Below are positions 1 through 9,276 of a stretch of 24,534 bases of DNA, one piece after another. The stretch spans positions 1 to 24,534 of the IMG/VR virus record IMGVR_UViG_3300042556_001022, one strand, 5' to 3'. A program made the position numbers and the translations under genes. This DNA is from a virus (lineage: Duplodnaviria > Caudoviricetes). How positions within the stretch are numbered: position 1 is the stretch's first letter; every line of letters begins with the position of its first letter. Below the pieces are notes generated by a model, which saw nothing but the letters and a program-made list of their open reading frames with translations, was not told the origin of the DNA and did not search any database.

Positions 1-122
1 AGATGTGTTAACCATTGTATAATGTTTAAATCATTCCTTTCCATAGTAACACCGTATTTATTTTTACCAATATCTGCTCTCTCTCTAATTTTAGTAATAA
101 CAGATTCTTCTATTTTACTCAT
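1..122 (-). CDS. Partial ORF running off the left edge; conserved-looking small phage protein, possibly a MazG-like all-alpha NTP pyrophosphatase
   Basis: Not in the ORF track. ATG at 122 overlaps the TGA of the 119..370 ORF (ATGA coupling). Manual translation MSKIEESVITKIRERADIGKNKYGVTMERNDLNIIQWLTH... is open to the edge. The R..G..KYG.T..R.DL....WL.H pattern is recalled from small phage proteins; function is tentative. Confidence 0.6.
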   Translation of the reverse strand, partial: MSKIEESVITKIRERADIGKNKYGVTMERNDLNIIQWLTH

Positions 123-370
123 TGCAAAATTTTTGGATTTGAAACTGATTCTTCTAACACTTCATAACAATCTGCACATCTCAATACTTGAATAGGTACT
201 AATTGGTCGTTAGTGCTTCCTGTAGCAATTTTACTTATCTTCTTTAATAATATTACATTAGTAAAGAATATACCTTCACAAGACTTACATTTTATTGTAG
301 GATGCTCAGTGATGTCTATGTTTACATTCATTTGTTTAGAATTTCCATCTAAACCTAAAATCTTTCCCAT
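119..370 (-). CDS. Small Zn-ribbon protein (two CxxC pairs), function unknown
   Basis: 83 aa with CKSC and CADC. Preceded by a TAnnTTTG box; its stop is coupled to the next ATG. Confidence 0.75.
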   Translation of the reverse strand: MGKILGLDGNSKQMNVNIDITEHPTIKCKSCEGIFFTNVILLKKISKIATGSTNDQLVPIQVLRCADCYEVLEESVSNPKILQ

Positions 371-383
371 TGAATAATTTTTA

Positions 384-391
384 CAAATATA
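384..391 (-). promoter_or_regulatory. Bacteroidota-type primary-sigma -7 promoter element (TAnnTTTG)
   Basis: Minus strand reads AGTATATTTG at 393..384, in the 58-bp spacer 13 nt upstream of the ATG at 370. The same 10-mer occurs at 11907..11898. No clear -33 TTTG. Confidence 0.55.
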
Positions 392-428
392 CTAATAATT
401 TTTGATAAATACCATTTTTTAAAAAAAA

Positions 429-2747
429 TTAATGACCATCTAAAAAATTTGTAGCTATTTCGGGTGGAGCTTTTAATGTAACTCCATCTAGGGTAGTTGT
501 ATTTTCCATAATATACTTTACTATTGGAATAAACTCTTCTATCCTGTCTTGTTCAATCTCTACAATTAATTGGTCATGTATCTGAGCTATTACTTGTCCT
601 TTAGAACCTCTCTTACTTAATTCTCTGTTTATGTGCAATGCTGCTCTGTTTACTATAGATGCAGCTAATGATTGTATTTGAAAATTTAAACTTGAGTTGT
701 AAGCATTCTTTAAATCTCTATATAGTGATATAGCACGTTCTTCTCCCAATTTTTTTACTAATTTATCTCTATGGTCATAGTCTAGTACTTTATCCCCATA
801 TTCATCAAATACTTTCTTACCTCTCCATAGATGTCTTACTCTTCCTAATTTGTTACGTATCATTCCTGTGCTTTCAAATTCTTTTTTTGAGGCTTGAATC
901 CAATCAGCCACACCGGGGAATCCCTCCAAGTAAGCATCTCTAAGCTCCTCTCCCTCTGCTTTCTTAATATTTAAACTCTTAGCCAATGCAAATCCTGTCA
1001 TACCATAAGCAATACCTAAAGCATATGCCTTAGCTTTCTGTCTCTTGTTAGCATCAATCTTTTTAAGAAAATTAGGAGCATTCTTATCAGCAGATACACC
1101 TTCTAACTTTTCAGTTCGTATAGCAACTGTACTATAAAAATCATGACCTTTATTAAATATTTCTTGCAAATTAACATCATTTGATATACTAGCAAATATA
1201 TGTGGCTCTAATGATTCATAATCTGAATCTATGAACTTATACCCATTTCTAACCTTAAAAAATGCCCTTACCCTATTGTTGAATTCTAATACTATAGGGT
1301 CATCATCGCCCTCCTCTTTAGGTTTAGGTAACTGTTGTAAATCACTCCCATACCTTCCCGATACTGTACCATGCTGTTTAAAGTACGGGTAGAATATACC
1401 ATTCTTATTCTTCTCTAACAATCTTTCTACATACGTTGAATATATCTTAACTAACTTATTGTAAACTCTAAGTTTAGTAGCCCATGTATACTTTGAACTT
1501 ATGCTCTCAATAAATATATCATTAAACTGTGACGTTCCTGAGTCAGTTTTAGATATAGGTTTTAAACCTAAATAATTAAAAGCTATTTCAGATAAATGCT
1601 TTTTAGATTGTATATTAATTAAATCTCCACTATTAGAATCTATCCATAATAATAAACTTATTTTAGATAGCTCTGATACAGGAACTCCGTGGTCACTAGT
1701 ATGGTCTATTAAGAATCTTTTGTACGGAGAATCTTCCAACTTTTCTATTTCTTTTTTAAGCAATCTTACTTCTCCTTTAGCATCTAAAGATAAATTTAAA
1801 TTAGCATTTTTAACTAACATTTTAGCAAAGACACCTCTATTTTTTGGTGGGAAGTTATTCACATATGATTGCTCAAATATCCAATCTTTTACTCCTTTAA
1901 TAATTTTTAATTCAGATATTACTTCATTTTTCTTTTCATTTATTACATTCAACATTTCATCCTTTGTCTTATGTAGCAATTCTATATCTAATTGAATTCC
2001 ACGTCTTTCCATTGGAATTGTAACTTCCTTATATACAGGCATTACTTCATCTTCGAAAAAAAACTTATCTAGTTTCTCCTCATGTAACTTACCATAAAAA
2101 AGATTAGCTACTCTAAGAGTTAAATCAGTATCTGCTGCTGCATATTTAGATAGTATGTCTAAATCTGCTTTATAGATTTGATATTTATTTTTGGTTGTTG
2201 AACCTCCATTCTTATGGATACTATCTTTCAATTCAATCTGCTCCTTATTTGCTTCATCTTCTATATTTAATCCTAGTTCTTGTTGATACATTTGAGCAAT
2301 AGATTTCAATCCGAATGGAGTTCCAAAAGAAAATGCACCCTCTTCTTGTACTGTGTGAACTGCTAACATAGTATCCATCCATAATTCAGGAAGCAAATCT
2401 ATTCCGTATTGATTATTTATTATTGAAGTATCAAAAGAAGCATTGTGCATTACAACTTTCTTTTTATCTTTCTTTATCTTTTCTAATATTAGTTTAAGTA
2501 TATCCTTAGAAGGTATACTATCTATATAACATTCCTTTAAACTATCAGATTCAGAGTCATATACTTGAGTAGGTATGTAATATCCATTACCTATTTTAGT
2601 TGAAAATGATGCCCCTATTATAGAATCGGTATGAACATCTATACCTGTAGTTTCTGTATCGACAGCTACTATATTAGTTGCCTCTATAGAATCAAATAAT
2701 TCTAAAAATTCACCTCTAGTAAATACAGTTTTATATATTTTGTCCAT
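429..2747 (-). CDS. polA: Family A DNA polymerase with 3'-5' exonuclease domain and no 5'-3' exonuclease domain
   Basis: Exo I VDTETTG, Exo II HNASFD, Exo III YAAAD; TVSGRYGS; motif A DYESLEPH; motif B RQKAKAYALGIAYG; NFQIQS; motif C QIHDQ. Confidence 0.95.
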   Translation of the reverse strand: MDKIYKTVFTRGEFLELFDSIEATNIVAVDTETTGIDVHTDSIIGASFSTKIGNGYYIPTQVYDSESDSLKECYIDSIPSKDILKLILEKIKKDKKKVVMHNASFDTSIINNQYGIDLLPELWMDTMLAVHTVQEEGAFSFGTPFGLKSIAQMYQQELGLNIEDEANKEQIELKDSIHKNGGSTTKNKYQIYKADLDILSKYAAADTDLTLRVANLFYGKLHEEKLDKFFFEDEVMPVYKEVTIPMERRGIQLDIELLHKTKDEMLNVINEKKNEVISELKIIKGVKDWIFEQSYVNNFPPKNRGVFAKMLVKNANLNLSLDAKGEVRLLKKEIEKLEDSPYKRFLIDHTSDHGVPVSELSKISLLLWIDSNSGDLINIQSKKHLSEIAFNYLGLKPISKTDSGTSQFNDIFIESISSKYTWATKLRVYNKLVKIYSTYVERLLEKNKNGIFYPYFKQHGTVSGRYGSDLQQLPKPKEEGDDDPIVLEFNNRVRAFFKVRNGYKFIDSDYESLEPHIFASISNDVNLQEIFNKGHDFYSTVAIRTEKLEGVSADKNAPNFLKKIDANKRQKAKAYALGIAYGMTGFALAKSLNIKKAEGEELRDAYLEGFPGVADWIQASKKEFESTGMIRNKLGRVRHLWRGKKVFDEYGDKVLDYDHRDKLVKKLGEERAISLYRDLKNAYNSSLNFQIQSLAASIVNRAALHINRELSKRGSKGQVIAQIHDQLIVEIEQDRIEEFIPIVKYIMENTTTLDGVTLKAPPEIATNFLDGH

Positions 2748-2766
2748 ATGCTTTTTTTATAACTAA

Positions 2767-3048
2767 TCAAAACTCACCATATAAATCATATTTCTTTGGT
2801 TTTGGTTTCTCAATCTCCACATAATTTTCATGAATTGCATATAATTTTCCTTTTAGTGGTGATAACTTATAATCTCCACTAAAGTTAGTAGCTCTCATAT
2901 ACTCGCTAAGAGTCTCTACAAGACCTTCTATTACATCATCTGATGTTGAGTTATGTTTAGGGTCGATGAGAGTCCACCTATCGCCAGGTGGAACTCTATT
3001 AGCTATCAGCATATCTTCTTCCCTCAGTTCCTTATCTTTTTTACTCAC
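2767..3048 (-). CDS. Hypothetical protein
   Basis: 93-aa ORF whose start overlaps the nrdA end by 8 nt and which fills the gap to polA. No recognised motif. Confidence 0.7.
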   Translation of the reverse strand: MSKKDKELREEDMLIANRVPPGDRWTLIDPKHNSTSDDVIEGLVETLSEYMRATNFSGDYKLSPLKGKLYAIHENYVEIEKPKPKKYDLYGEF

Positions 3049-4681
3049 AACTTTTGCAATCTAATATGTTTCGAGAAAATTCCTGTGCTGAACTCTTACT
3101 ATATTGATAATACAAAGTTTTAACACCCTCCTCATGCGCATACATATATAACATATTTATATCCTTAGCAGATACCGATGGGTCTATTGAGAGATTTAAA
3201 CTCTGTGCTTGGTCAATATATTTCTGTCTTTGAGCAGCTTGTAATACAATTTCTTTAGGACTTATCTCTGAGAATGTTCTAAAAACTTCTTTAGTTGGAA
3301 AATCTAAATGTTGAACAGAACCATCCTTCTTCATAATGCTATCCCAAATCTCATCGGTATCTAAACCATATTTTTGTAATTCTTTTTCTAAATATGGATT
3401 CTTGTATACTGTTTTTATTTTTGCTAAATCATTTACAAAATAATTTGATTTATAAGGTTGTATACTCATAGATACCTGACCTAATATGAAACTTGTTGAC
3501 TTAGTAGGAGCTATAGCAATCAAAGTTGTATTAGCATAATTATCTCTAATACATTTATATTTCTGAGGGTTGCTCTCGTACAACTCCATTGATGCATTAT
3601 CACATTTTTCTTTTAATCTCTTAAATATAGCATGATTAATCTGTTTAGCTGCTAATGATTCAAATGCTACTAACTTAGATTGTAATAATGAATGGTATCC
3701 TAAAACACCTACCCCTATAGCTCTATGATTCTTAGCAAAATTATGAGCTCTTTTCATACCATCTAAATTCTCAGATTTTCGTATGAATTCATTTATAACA
3801 GCATTCAAGAATTGTACGTACACTTCTATAGCATCTGTCTTTACAATTTCCTCCCAATGTAACAAATTTATAGAACCTATGCAACATACAAATGATTCTT
3901 CTGAATTAGATGGAAGTTGAATTTCGGAACATAAATTACTTGCTACTATCTCTGTAGAATACTTATGTTTAATGTTAGCATATGGAGTGTTTCTATTTGA
4001 AGTATCTCTGAACATTATGTATGGGTATCCTAGTTCTACTCTTCTTTGGATTATCTTCGCCCAAACTTTTCTCTTATCCGAATCTCCATTCTTCATTTCC
4101 TCCATCCAAGAGTCTCCAATGGTAACTCCATATTGTAAATTTTGAATAGGATTGCCCTCAGTTGCAATATCTAGGAAATCTAGTATGTCTTTATGTTCTA
4201 CAGGTAGATATACTGCACATGCGCCTCTACGAGCCTCTGATTGCTTACAAACATCTACAGCGGTATCATATAGTTTAGCGTAATGGATAGGCCCGTCAGC
4301 TTTCCCACCCGTTCTTATCTCAGAACCTCTTGGTCTAATATTTCCTAAATATGCAGAAGTTCCTCCCCCATACTTAGACATCATGCCAATCTCTGTTGAA
4401 CTTTCAAGCATACTAAACAAACTGTCATCCACATAAGAACCATAACATGATATGGGTAATCCTTTATCTTTTGCAAAGTTAATCCATACAGGAGTCGATA
4501 AACTATAGAAACCTTTAGACATATAGTTTTCAAACTTATCAGCAAATCCTTCTATTTCAAGTATACTTTCAGCTGCTTTTGAAATTTCTCTCACTCTCTG
4601 TTCAGCAGATTCTGATATGTAACCTCTTGACAAAAATGTCCTAGAATCTTCATTAAGCCAATAATAATCTTTATAATTCAT
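3041..4681 (-). CDS. nrdA: Ribonucleotide reductase class I alpha subunit, short form without ATP cone (NrdAi/class Id-like)
   Basis: PISCY (active-site Cys), GGGTS, SNLCSEI (thiyl-radical Cys/Glu), APTKSTS, KTLYY tyrosine dyad, C-terminal CKSC redox pair. Only 546 aa. Confidence 0.95.
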   Translation of the reverse strand: MNYKDYYWLNEDSRTFLSRGYISESAEQRVREISKAAESILEIEGFADKFENYMSKGFYSLSTPVWINFAKDKGLPISCYGSYVDDSLFSMLESSTEIGMMSKYGGGTSAYLGNIRPRGSEIRTGGKADGPIHYAKLYDTAVDVCKQSEARRGACAVYLPVEHKDILDFLDIATEGNPIQNLQYGVTIGDSWMEEMKNGDSDKRKVWAKIIQRRVELGYPYIMFRDTSNRNTPYANIKHKYSTEIVASNLCSEIQLPSNSEESFVCCIGSINLLHWEEIVKTDAIEVYVQFLNAVINEFIRKSENLDGMKRAHNFAKNHRAIGVGVLGYHSLLQSKLVAFESLAAKQINHAIFKRLKEKCDNASMELYESNPQKYKCIRDNYANTTLIAIAPTKSTSFILGQVSMSIQPYKSNYFVNDLAKIKTVYKNPYLEKELQKYGLDTDEIWDSIMKKDGSVQHLDFPTKEVFRTFSEISPKEIVLQAAQRQKYIDQAQSLNLSIDPSVSAKDINMLYMYAHEEGVKTLYYQYSKSSAQEFSRNILDCKSCE

Positions 4682-4701
4682 TTTTTTTTCAGTTGTTTAG
4701 T

Positions 4702-5685
4702 TTAGAATAAATCGTCTTCAGTTATGGATTTTGTTTTTTTGGAATAATCTATTTGTCTTTTATAAAAGAAATCACCTTCCTTTGTTGACATAATCTCTAA
4801 ATCAAACCAATGAACATTTTTTAATAAATCTTTGTCAACCTCAAATATACTATCCATTTGAATTCTATTCAAAGAATTATTAAATCTATTCATTATAAAA
4901 TGTTTAATAGTTTCCTTTGGTAAGAAATCTAACTCTCCATCTTCAAAAATCCAATCTAATATTTTACATTCAGATTTGTATGCCTTTTGACATGCAGAGT
5001 ATATCAAACTATTAAATTCATCATCAAACCATTCAGGATTCTCTTCCTTAACTATATTTATAATTTCAGCACCAAAGTTTCCATGAATATCCTCTTCCTT
5101 AGATGTAGCTTCTACAACATTTGAAATTCCTTTAAATATATTCCTCTCTTTATTGAAAGACATCATTATAAGAAATTGTGAAAATAATGATACATGCTCT
5201 ATAAATAGTGAAAATAATAATACAGATTTAGTATACATTTTATCATCTCTACTACGAGTACCATCTAAGTATTTTGAAAGGTAAGCTATCCTATCTCTTA
5301 TAGCAGGGATTTCAACGACAGTTCTAAACTCATCTTCTAATCCTAATATTCTAAGTAGTCTTGCATATGCATCTTTATGACGAACTTCACTCTCGGCAAA
5401 TGTCATACCAACGTCACCAATTTCCGTTATGGGCATTCTCTTATACATGTCAGCCCAAAAAGTTTTTACATTAACCTCTATTTGAGATATAGCTAACATA
5501 GTTTTCTTAATGATACTTCTCTCAACATCAGATATGTTAACTTTGTAATCATTTATATCTGTAGTGAAATTGTATTCTGTATCAATCCAATACGAATGTC
5601 TAATAGCATCTTTGTATTTTAATAAAGATGGATATTCATATGGAAGAATATTTACTCTTCTCTCAAATATGTTTTTCTTTTTCAT
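4702..5685 (-). CDS. nrdB: Ribonucleotide reductase class I beta subunit (class Id-like)
   Basis: Ferritin-like ligands QIEVNVK, ESEVRHKDAY, IEHVSLF, EEDIHG; C-terminus KRQIDYSKK...ITEDDLF. Start set at ATG 5685 (MKKKNIF) rather than the TTG at 5718, which abuts the upstream regulatory motif. Confidence 0.93.
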   Translation of the reverse strand: MKKKNIFERRVNILPYEYPSLLKYKDAIRHSYWIDTEYNFTTDINDYKVNISDVERSIIKKTMLAISQIEVNVKTFWADMYKRMPITEIGDVGMTFAESEVRHKDAYARLLRILGLEDEFRTVVEIPAIRDRIAYLSKYLDGTRSRDDKMYTKSVLLFSLFIEHVSLFSQFLIMMSFNKERNIFKGISNVVEATSKEEDIHGNFGAEIINIVKEENPEWFDDEFNSLIYSACQKAYKSECKILDWIFEDGELDFLPKETIKHFIMNRFNNSLNRIQMDSIFEVDKDLLKNVHWFDLEIMSTKEGDFFYKRQIDYSKKTKSITEDDLF

Positions 5686-5719
5686 GATAATGTTTATTCT
5701 TGTTATGATTTCAAGCAAC

Positions 5720-5727
5720 TATAAATA
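5720..5727 (-). promoter_or_regulatory. TATTTATA motif, candidate phage promoter upstream of nrdB
   Basis: + strand TATAAATA at 5720-5727 in the helicase-nrdB spacer, 34 nt upstream of ATG 5685. Same motif precedes the sheath, tube and 71-aa/TMP genes. Confidence 0.45.
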
Positions 5728-5738
5728 TTATATATTCA

Positions 5739-7103
5739 CTAAGAATTTTTGAATTCTGCAAACATATTGTAAAAAGATTCTCTTTCTTCAGCTCTTTTCG
5801 AACTATCTAAAGATGATACGTCTTTTTTAATTTTCATAGCATCTCCCGAATTTTCTCTGAATATTTCTATATTACCATTAGAAGCATCAAACTTTGTCGG
5901 GAATGTTACACCATCTGCTCCAAATCTATTTTTAATAACATGAAATCTTCCAATACCTAATACTTTATCTTCAGCTCTTCGTGATAATGACATTATAAAA
6001 TCACCAATAGCTATCTTACTATAATCTTCAGATATTTTATCTGCTTCTATAATTTCTGAATCTAGGCTTGACCTATTTGTTTGAGAAGCTGTCCATATAG
6101 GACAGTTATATTCCGCTGATAAACTTCTAAGTCCCTCATAAATTTGCTTTAATTCAAATCTCAACTCTTTATTATGACCTTTTAATAAATCAGCATAATC
6201 TACTATTATCAAATCAGGTGTATTTGATTGTCCTATGCATCTATCGATATGAGATTTCATAGTTAATATCGAAGCAGTTTTTGCAGCAAATTGTTCTACT
6301 ATTAAAGTTCCTTTTAAATTTTTTACCTTATCCTCAACTTTATCCTTATGTAGTAATAAATTTGAATTGTTTAGCCCTGTGATAATACTGTCATATCTCC
6401 TTGCAGTATATATTTTATTTAACTCTAGTGTATAATGTACTACGGTCTTTCCTGCAATTAATGCATTAGCACCTAAAGCTGATAGTACCCATGATTTTCC
6501 TGCTCCCGCAGGTGCTATTATTATCCCTAGTTCTCCCGATGCTAAACCACCTTGAAGTAAATCATCAATACATTCCCAACCTGTAGTAACTGTATTTCTA
6601 AAATTTTCACTATATCTTTCTTCAAATTGGTCTTTATATATATGACCTATGTCTCTTGTGTAGCCTGATTTCAATGCAGAATCTAATGTAGATTTTACTC
6701 CATCATAATCCGAAGCATTAAGTAATTCTACACATTCTAATATTGCTCTTTTAATTTCTTGATTTCTACAAAAATCTACAGATTGTTCTTGTACATATTT
6801 CAAATCATTCGAATTAGCATACATTTCAGCCCTCCTAAAATACTCTTGTATCTCTTGCTTGAGTAGACTTTGAGTATCAGGCAACTTAGCTAATTCAGTA
6901 CTGAACACAGTAATTGATGGGGATTGTCCATATTTAAAATAATAATCTAGTGTACTTTTTATAATCCACTGAGATGCATTACTAAAAAAATAAGTTGGCT
7001 TTAATATATCCGAAATTTGAGTTAGGAATGCAGTATTATCAATTAACGATACAATTAATTTGTATTCGAAATCTTTACCGTAACTACTTATGATGTTTGT
7101 CAT
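5739..7103 (-). CDS. dnaB: DnaB-like (SF4, T4 gp41-type) replicative helicase
   Basis: Walker A APAGAGKS, HYTLEL, Walker B IIVDYADLL, WTASQTNR, KNRFG arginine finger. Start moved to ATG 7103, which overlaps the upstream TGA (ATGA); the track's 7133 start is a TTG. Confidence 0.92.
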   Translation of the reverse strand: MTNIISSYGKDFEYKLIVSLIDNTAFLTQISDILKPTYFFSNASQWIIKSTLDYYFKYGQSPSITVFSTELAKLPDTQSLLKQEIQEYFRRAEMYANSNDLKYVQEQSVDFCRNQEIKRAILECVELLNASDYDGVKSTLDSALKSGYTRDIGHIYKDQFEERYSENFRNTVTTGWECIDDLLQGGLASGELGIIIAPAGAGKSWVLSALGANALIAGKTVVHYTLELNKIYTARRYDSIITGLNNSNLLLHKDKVEDKVKNLKGTLIVEQFAAKTASILTMKSHIDRCIGQSNTPDLIIVDYADLLKGHNKELRFELKQIYEGLRSLSAEYNCPIWTASQTNRSSLDSEIIEADKISEDYSKIAIGDFIMSLSRRAEDKVLGIGRFHVIKNRFGADGVTFPTKFDASNGNIEIFRENSGDAMKIKKDVSSLDSSKRAEERESFYNMFAEFKNS

Positions 7104-8134
7104 TTCTTTAAGTTTTTTAAATAATTTTTCCAAAATAAAAAATCATGTTCATTTTTACATAATTCTATATGGAAAAAAATGGTTTGTAACTTCTGTACTT
7201 CTAATTCAGGTAAGTCTCTCTTTGAAATTGCTAATATATTAGATTGTATATCCCCTGACATATTGGGTGTTAGCAATTGCATAAGTTCGTAATTCCTATA
7301 GGCAATCTCACTCTGATTTACTATATTTTCGAATATCTTTGCTTTAGGATTCGCACTGTACTGTATCTTACTTTGCTCTACTATATCATCTATAGTTATG
7401 TGTTTGTCTGTTGTATTTAAATTGAAATGCTTATTCAATCCTACTTCTCCAACTTGTTTTACACCTGCTATGTTATCAGTCCTATCACCTACAAAACATC
7501 TGTATGTTAAGTAATTTAATGGAGTATAACCATATAATGATACAGTAGATTCTTCCGATATTAATAGTTTCTTCTCATGCGAATATACAAAAGTTTTCTC
7601 ATCTATTAACTGCAAATAGTCTCTGTCAGAACTCATAATAATTTTGGAAGATTCCTTACTAAGAACTTGTTTACATAGATATGCTATCACATCATCAGCC
7701 TCCACACAATCTATTATAATTGTTTTAACAGGCATTATTGATAGAGAATTAACTAATAAATTTAACTGCATTCTTTTAGATTCATTCTCATTTAGAATTC
7801 CTCTAGTATCAGCAAATCTATTGAAACTACCCGCACTTAATACTTTATTCTTGTATTCTTTATGCAAATGTCTTCTCCTAACACTTCCACCTTTTCCATC
7901 AAATACTACATATATAGACGTTGGCGAGTAATCTACTATTGCTTTATATATAGTTCTGAAAAATCCTAGTATTCCACCAACATGGTCTCCTTCATAGTTT
8001 AATGTAGGGACAGCTTGAAAATTTCTAATAAAAACATTCAAGCCGTCCACAATCAAAATCTTATCCTCTACTACATTTTCTGAGGATTGACTCTCCTTAA
8101 ACTTTTTAAATTCCTCAAATGAATCAGTAATCAT
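7100..8134 (-). CDS. 5'-3' exonuclease / flap endonuclease (T4 RNase H, PolI N-terminal domain family)
   Basis: LIVDGLNVFIR, VFDGKGGS..R, EADDVIAY, SSDRDYLQL, GDRTDNIAGVKQVG (H3TH motif). ATG at 8134 preferred over the track's 8152. Confidence 0.9.
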   Translation of the reverse strand: MITDSFEEFKKFKESQSSENVVEDKILIVDGLNVFIRNFQAVPTLNYEGDHVGGILGFFRTIYKAIVDYSPTSIYVVFDGKGGSVRRRHLHKEYKNKVLSAGSFNRFADTRGILNENESKRMQLNLLVNSLSIMPVKTIIIDCVEADDVIAYLCKQVLSKESSKIIMSSDRDYLQLIDEKTFVYSHEKKLLISEESTVSLYGYTPLNYLTYRCFVGDRTDNIAGVKQVGEVGLNKHFNLNTTDKHITIDDIVEQSKIQYSANPKAKIFENIVNQSEIAYRNYELMQLLTPNMSGDIQSNILAISKRDLPELEVQKLQTIFFHIELCKNEHDFLFWKNYLKNLKK

Positions 8135-9269
8135 CTTCGTTATCCTCTTCAATTATTATAGTGTCGGTATCCAAAGCTTCATTTATATTATACTTGAATA
8201 TCATTTCATCACATAAATGATTATAAACAATTTCCTTATATTTTGGATTTGATATAATCTTATCGTAAAATTGTTTAGATTGGAATTTAATCTCTTCAAG
8301 TACCTCTCCTGTTTCTTTATCTACAACTCTGTAAGTATACCATGCACCATTTAAATCAACTATCTTTCTATTAGACATCTCATCCAACCATGAACCATAG
8401 TTGTCCATACCTGAATTGTAATAGATTTTATAGCTAATACTTCTATTGGCAGGCCCTAATCTGTTCTTCTTCACATGAGCAACAGACTCTACTCCGATAT
8501 GATGTTTCTTACCATTCTTTTCTACAGATACTTTTTTACCTGCTTCTAGTCTTAGTCTAACAGATGAGTGGAATGGTATACCTTTTCCTCCTGAAGTTGT
8601 ATATATGTCACCACCTAATGCTCCTAATCTTACTCTAAGTTGATTAGTAATTATAAGACATACTTTGTGTCTGCCTATATAATTTGTAATTTTTCTCATT
8701 GCCTGAGATATGATTATGGACTTACTAGTATTCCAACCTTGTTTATCAAATCCAATAGCTTTTTCTGCTTTGGTAGTTGCTCCCATTATGGAATCGATAA
8801 CAATGGTAAGTAATATGTCAGGGTTTTTTTTCCTGATTTCAATAATCATTTGTTCTATAGTATCAAATATATCTTCTACAGTATACATTGATAAATACAA
8901 CATCTTAGACACATTGACACCTATAGCTTTCATGAATTCCTCACTTGCAGCATTCTCAGTATCTATATAAACAGCTATTCCACCTTTTTCTTGGGTTGAT
9001 TTCATTGCATGACAAGCCAATAATGATTTACCTGATGCCTCCATTCCCGAAATTTCGGTGATTCTCCCTACAGGAAAACCACCGTTTTTTCTATTTGAAA
9101 TAGCAATGTCTAACATATCATTCCCTGAGGATACCCAATCTGATATATCAGATGGATTCGAATCTGAACCGTCTAAGAAATAGGCAACCTTATCAGTAGA
9201 TTTTTTAAATATACCGTTTACATAGTCAGCTAAATCTTCCTCTATCGAGTTATGATTTTTTTTAGACAT
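8124..9269 (-). CDS. recA: RecA/UvsX-family recombinase
   Basis: GGFPVGRITEISGMEASGKS (Walker A), YIDTENA, IVIDSI (Walker B), ITNQLR, TSGGKGIPFHSSVRL, KNRLG, GAWY; acidic C-terminal tail. Confidence 0.93.
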   Translation of the reverse strand: MSKKNHNSIEEDLADYVNGIFKKSTDKVAYFLDGSDSNPSDISDWVSSGNDMLDIAISNRKNGGFPVGRITEISGMEASGKSLLACHAMKSTQEKGGIAVYIDTENAASEEFMKAIGVNVSKMLYLSMYTVEDIFDTIEQMIIEIRKKNPDILLTIVIDSIMGATTKAEKAIGFDKQGWNTSKSIIISQAMRKITNYIGRHKVCLIITNQLRVRLGALGGDIYTTSGGKGIPFHSSVRLRLEAGKKVSVEKNGKKHHIGVESVAHVKKNRLGPANRSISYKIYYNSGMDNYGSWLDEMSNRKIVDLNGAWYTYRVVDKETGEVLEEIKFQSKQFYDKIISNPKYKEIVYNHLCDEMIFKYNINEALDTDTIIIEEDNEDDY

Positions 9270-9276
9270 TATTTAG

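Noticed and set aside
411-430. T6/A8 inverted run after polA as a possible terminator
   Set aside because: AT-only stem with no GC pairs; too weak to call. No convincing intrinsic terminator was found in any spacer.
429-7103. Inteins or introns in polA, nrdA, nrdB or the helicase
   Set aside because: No interrupted frames and no intein splice-junction or homing-endonuclease motifs. The PolA thumb insertion is too short and lacks intein termini.
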